From Euprymna scolopes (lineage: Eukaryota), in assembly GCA_053919585.1 (NCBI GenBank), contig CM132813.1: DNA of 64,000 bases, one strand, 5' to 3'. A program made the translations under genes and the position numbers. The notes beneath the pieces were generated by a model, which saw only the letters and a list, made by a program, of their open reading frames with translations, did no database searches and had not been told where the DNA came from. Positions 62,083 to 64,000 of this stretch are shown one piece after another (the first letter of the stretch is position 1; every line of letters begins with the position of its first letter).

Positions 62083-64000
62083 TCATCTTTAAAAGTGAAG
62101 TACTGTCTGTATAGCTAATACTAGCCTACTTTGCCAGCTTCGCAACGTTCGCCATTTGAAAGATTTATTGAAAATAAACATTTCATTCAAAATTTTGTAA
62201 ATACAAAACAAAATATTTCTCATTCATATAGATAAACCGTAACAGTTCGGCAATTTCAATCCAAATTTATTCATCTTTAAAGTATGACTAAAAAGGAAAA
62301 ATGAATCTGCCTTTACACCTGCAATTTAGAAATTGATCCCAAATTGTTAAAAATAAAAACAATCTCTCTAAATGAACATTGGAACACAAGTGCAATGTCA
62401 AACAGAACTATTTGATGTGTCTATCACGTGAAATATTAACTCAAAATAAGCCGTTTTGATTTTACCATTATTACAAGAAATAAGCCCAACTTTTGAGATT
62501 TATTCATTTAGAAGTTAAGACACTGTACCATCAGTGAGATTAAAATCATATTCATAATAGCACGATAGCTTTATAATATAGTGATCATTAGGGCAAGGAA
62601 ACAGCATATTCTTTTGATTGTTTTTACTCTCAAAAATATGTCAGACGCAAACAAAATAAACTGAGAATCAAAACAAGGAAAAGAATATGCTGTTGTCATA
62701 GCCCTAGTGATCATGTGTATGATCGATGCTTTAAGGTTAAGCAATTTGCCTTATTTTTATCTCCAGAACGTACCAAATACTGCAAATAAATTTAAGCTCA
62801 ATAGCTAACGTTAAATCAAACATAGCCTTTCTATTATAATTCATTTATTTATAACATTTTATAACCATGCTCTGAAAACATGTATGGATAGTGTTGATTT
62901 TCGGAACATGATTAAAAAAAATATCTCTTATAAATTCTGTTATATACTAAATTATTTATATATATAAGTTCAAATATATCAATAAAGTGAAGTAAAAGCA
63001 ATATTTTTTTTCAAAAATACTAAAAACAAAGAGCTAAATAAACTAAAACATTAAAAAACAGCCTACATAAATTTACTCATTTCTGTGTTAAACGCACATC
63101 ATTGGAGTTGCAACAATAATTATTGGTTGCATATTTCCAATATATTTAGCGTACAGAGACAAATATTTAAGGCCATAGGGTAACTTCCTAAAGCACATTA
63201 TAGACAAAAATTATTTTGGGAAAACAGGTCCTTATCAAGTCTGACCTCAGTCATCTTGCCTGTAGATGGAAATAATTGTCATATGTTAGAGAAAGTTACT
63301 ATCTATTATATTATAAAACTCAAATCGTCTTGCATAGGCGTTGAAACCATCCATCCGGTCTACAGCTTCCGGTTTGAAAAATTCTGCACATGTGTAAGTA
63401 AATAAAAACAAAGACATGAAAGCTGCTTGTTTTTTTTGTTTTGTTTTTTTTTTTAAATCGACATTTTTTTGCGTTTAAAATATGCAAATTAAAACAAAAC
63501 TAAATCCCTTTTACTTAAAAAAAAAAATTTTTTTACATCGGCATTTTACAAATTGTATTTGCATTTTTCATTACAAGTTGGAATCATTTTCAAACAAAAA
63601 CAAAGCAAATGTTTACGATTTTTATGTCTTTTATGTATTCTGTAATTGACAGTTTAAAGACAACAAAATTACCCAAAGCTGCTTGTTCAGTTGTTGAAAC
63701 CATATTAATAAAATAAAATTACTTAACTATCAACACATAACATCTACCTTTTTTTTATAAATATTTTTTTCATTAGTTTGCGTTAAAAATAATAATAAAA
63801 AAAAATTCGGGCAAGATTGTAGATCGAGTGGCAAAATACTTTCGATCCCTAAATCACATAAAAGGAACCAAATTCCTCTAATCACTGTTATGTTACTATG
63901 TTACTGTATAAACAATAAGAACTAATTTTTCAAAAATGAACAATATAAATAGAACTTTTGTTCCTTTTTTTTTAATAATAAACACTTTGTTTTAATATAC

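Overview
AT-rich, microsatellite-dense animal genomic DNA (repeat content suggests a mollusc, possibly a cephalopod; this is inference) with three assembly gaps. One host gene is supported: a minus-strand ceramide glucosyltransferase (UGCG). Its eight coding exons between 61445 and 27865 have GT-AG introns and join in frame; the first exon is not in the window. The rest is mostly mobile DNA: a defective IR/DR Tc1 (DD34E), a defective mariner (DD34D), a deleted DD37D/maT-like element nested in an RTE-type LINE, a 5'-truncated CR1/L2-group LINE with an open frame plus relics, a bipartite non-autonomous RTE, a Merlin-like MITE, Helitrons, and tRNA- and 5S-derived SINEs. Two things stand out. (1) About 8 copies of a ~190-200 nt retroposon whose head is the 5' end of U2 snRNA, with 13-14 bp target-site duplications on two copies; this looks like a U2-derived SINE. 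(2) Several distinct hammerhead-ribozyme motifs, including a multi-copy family that joins a tRNA-like Pol III promoter to a minimal hammerhead (retrozyme-like). All alignments and folds were done by eye.
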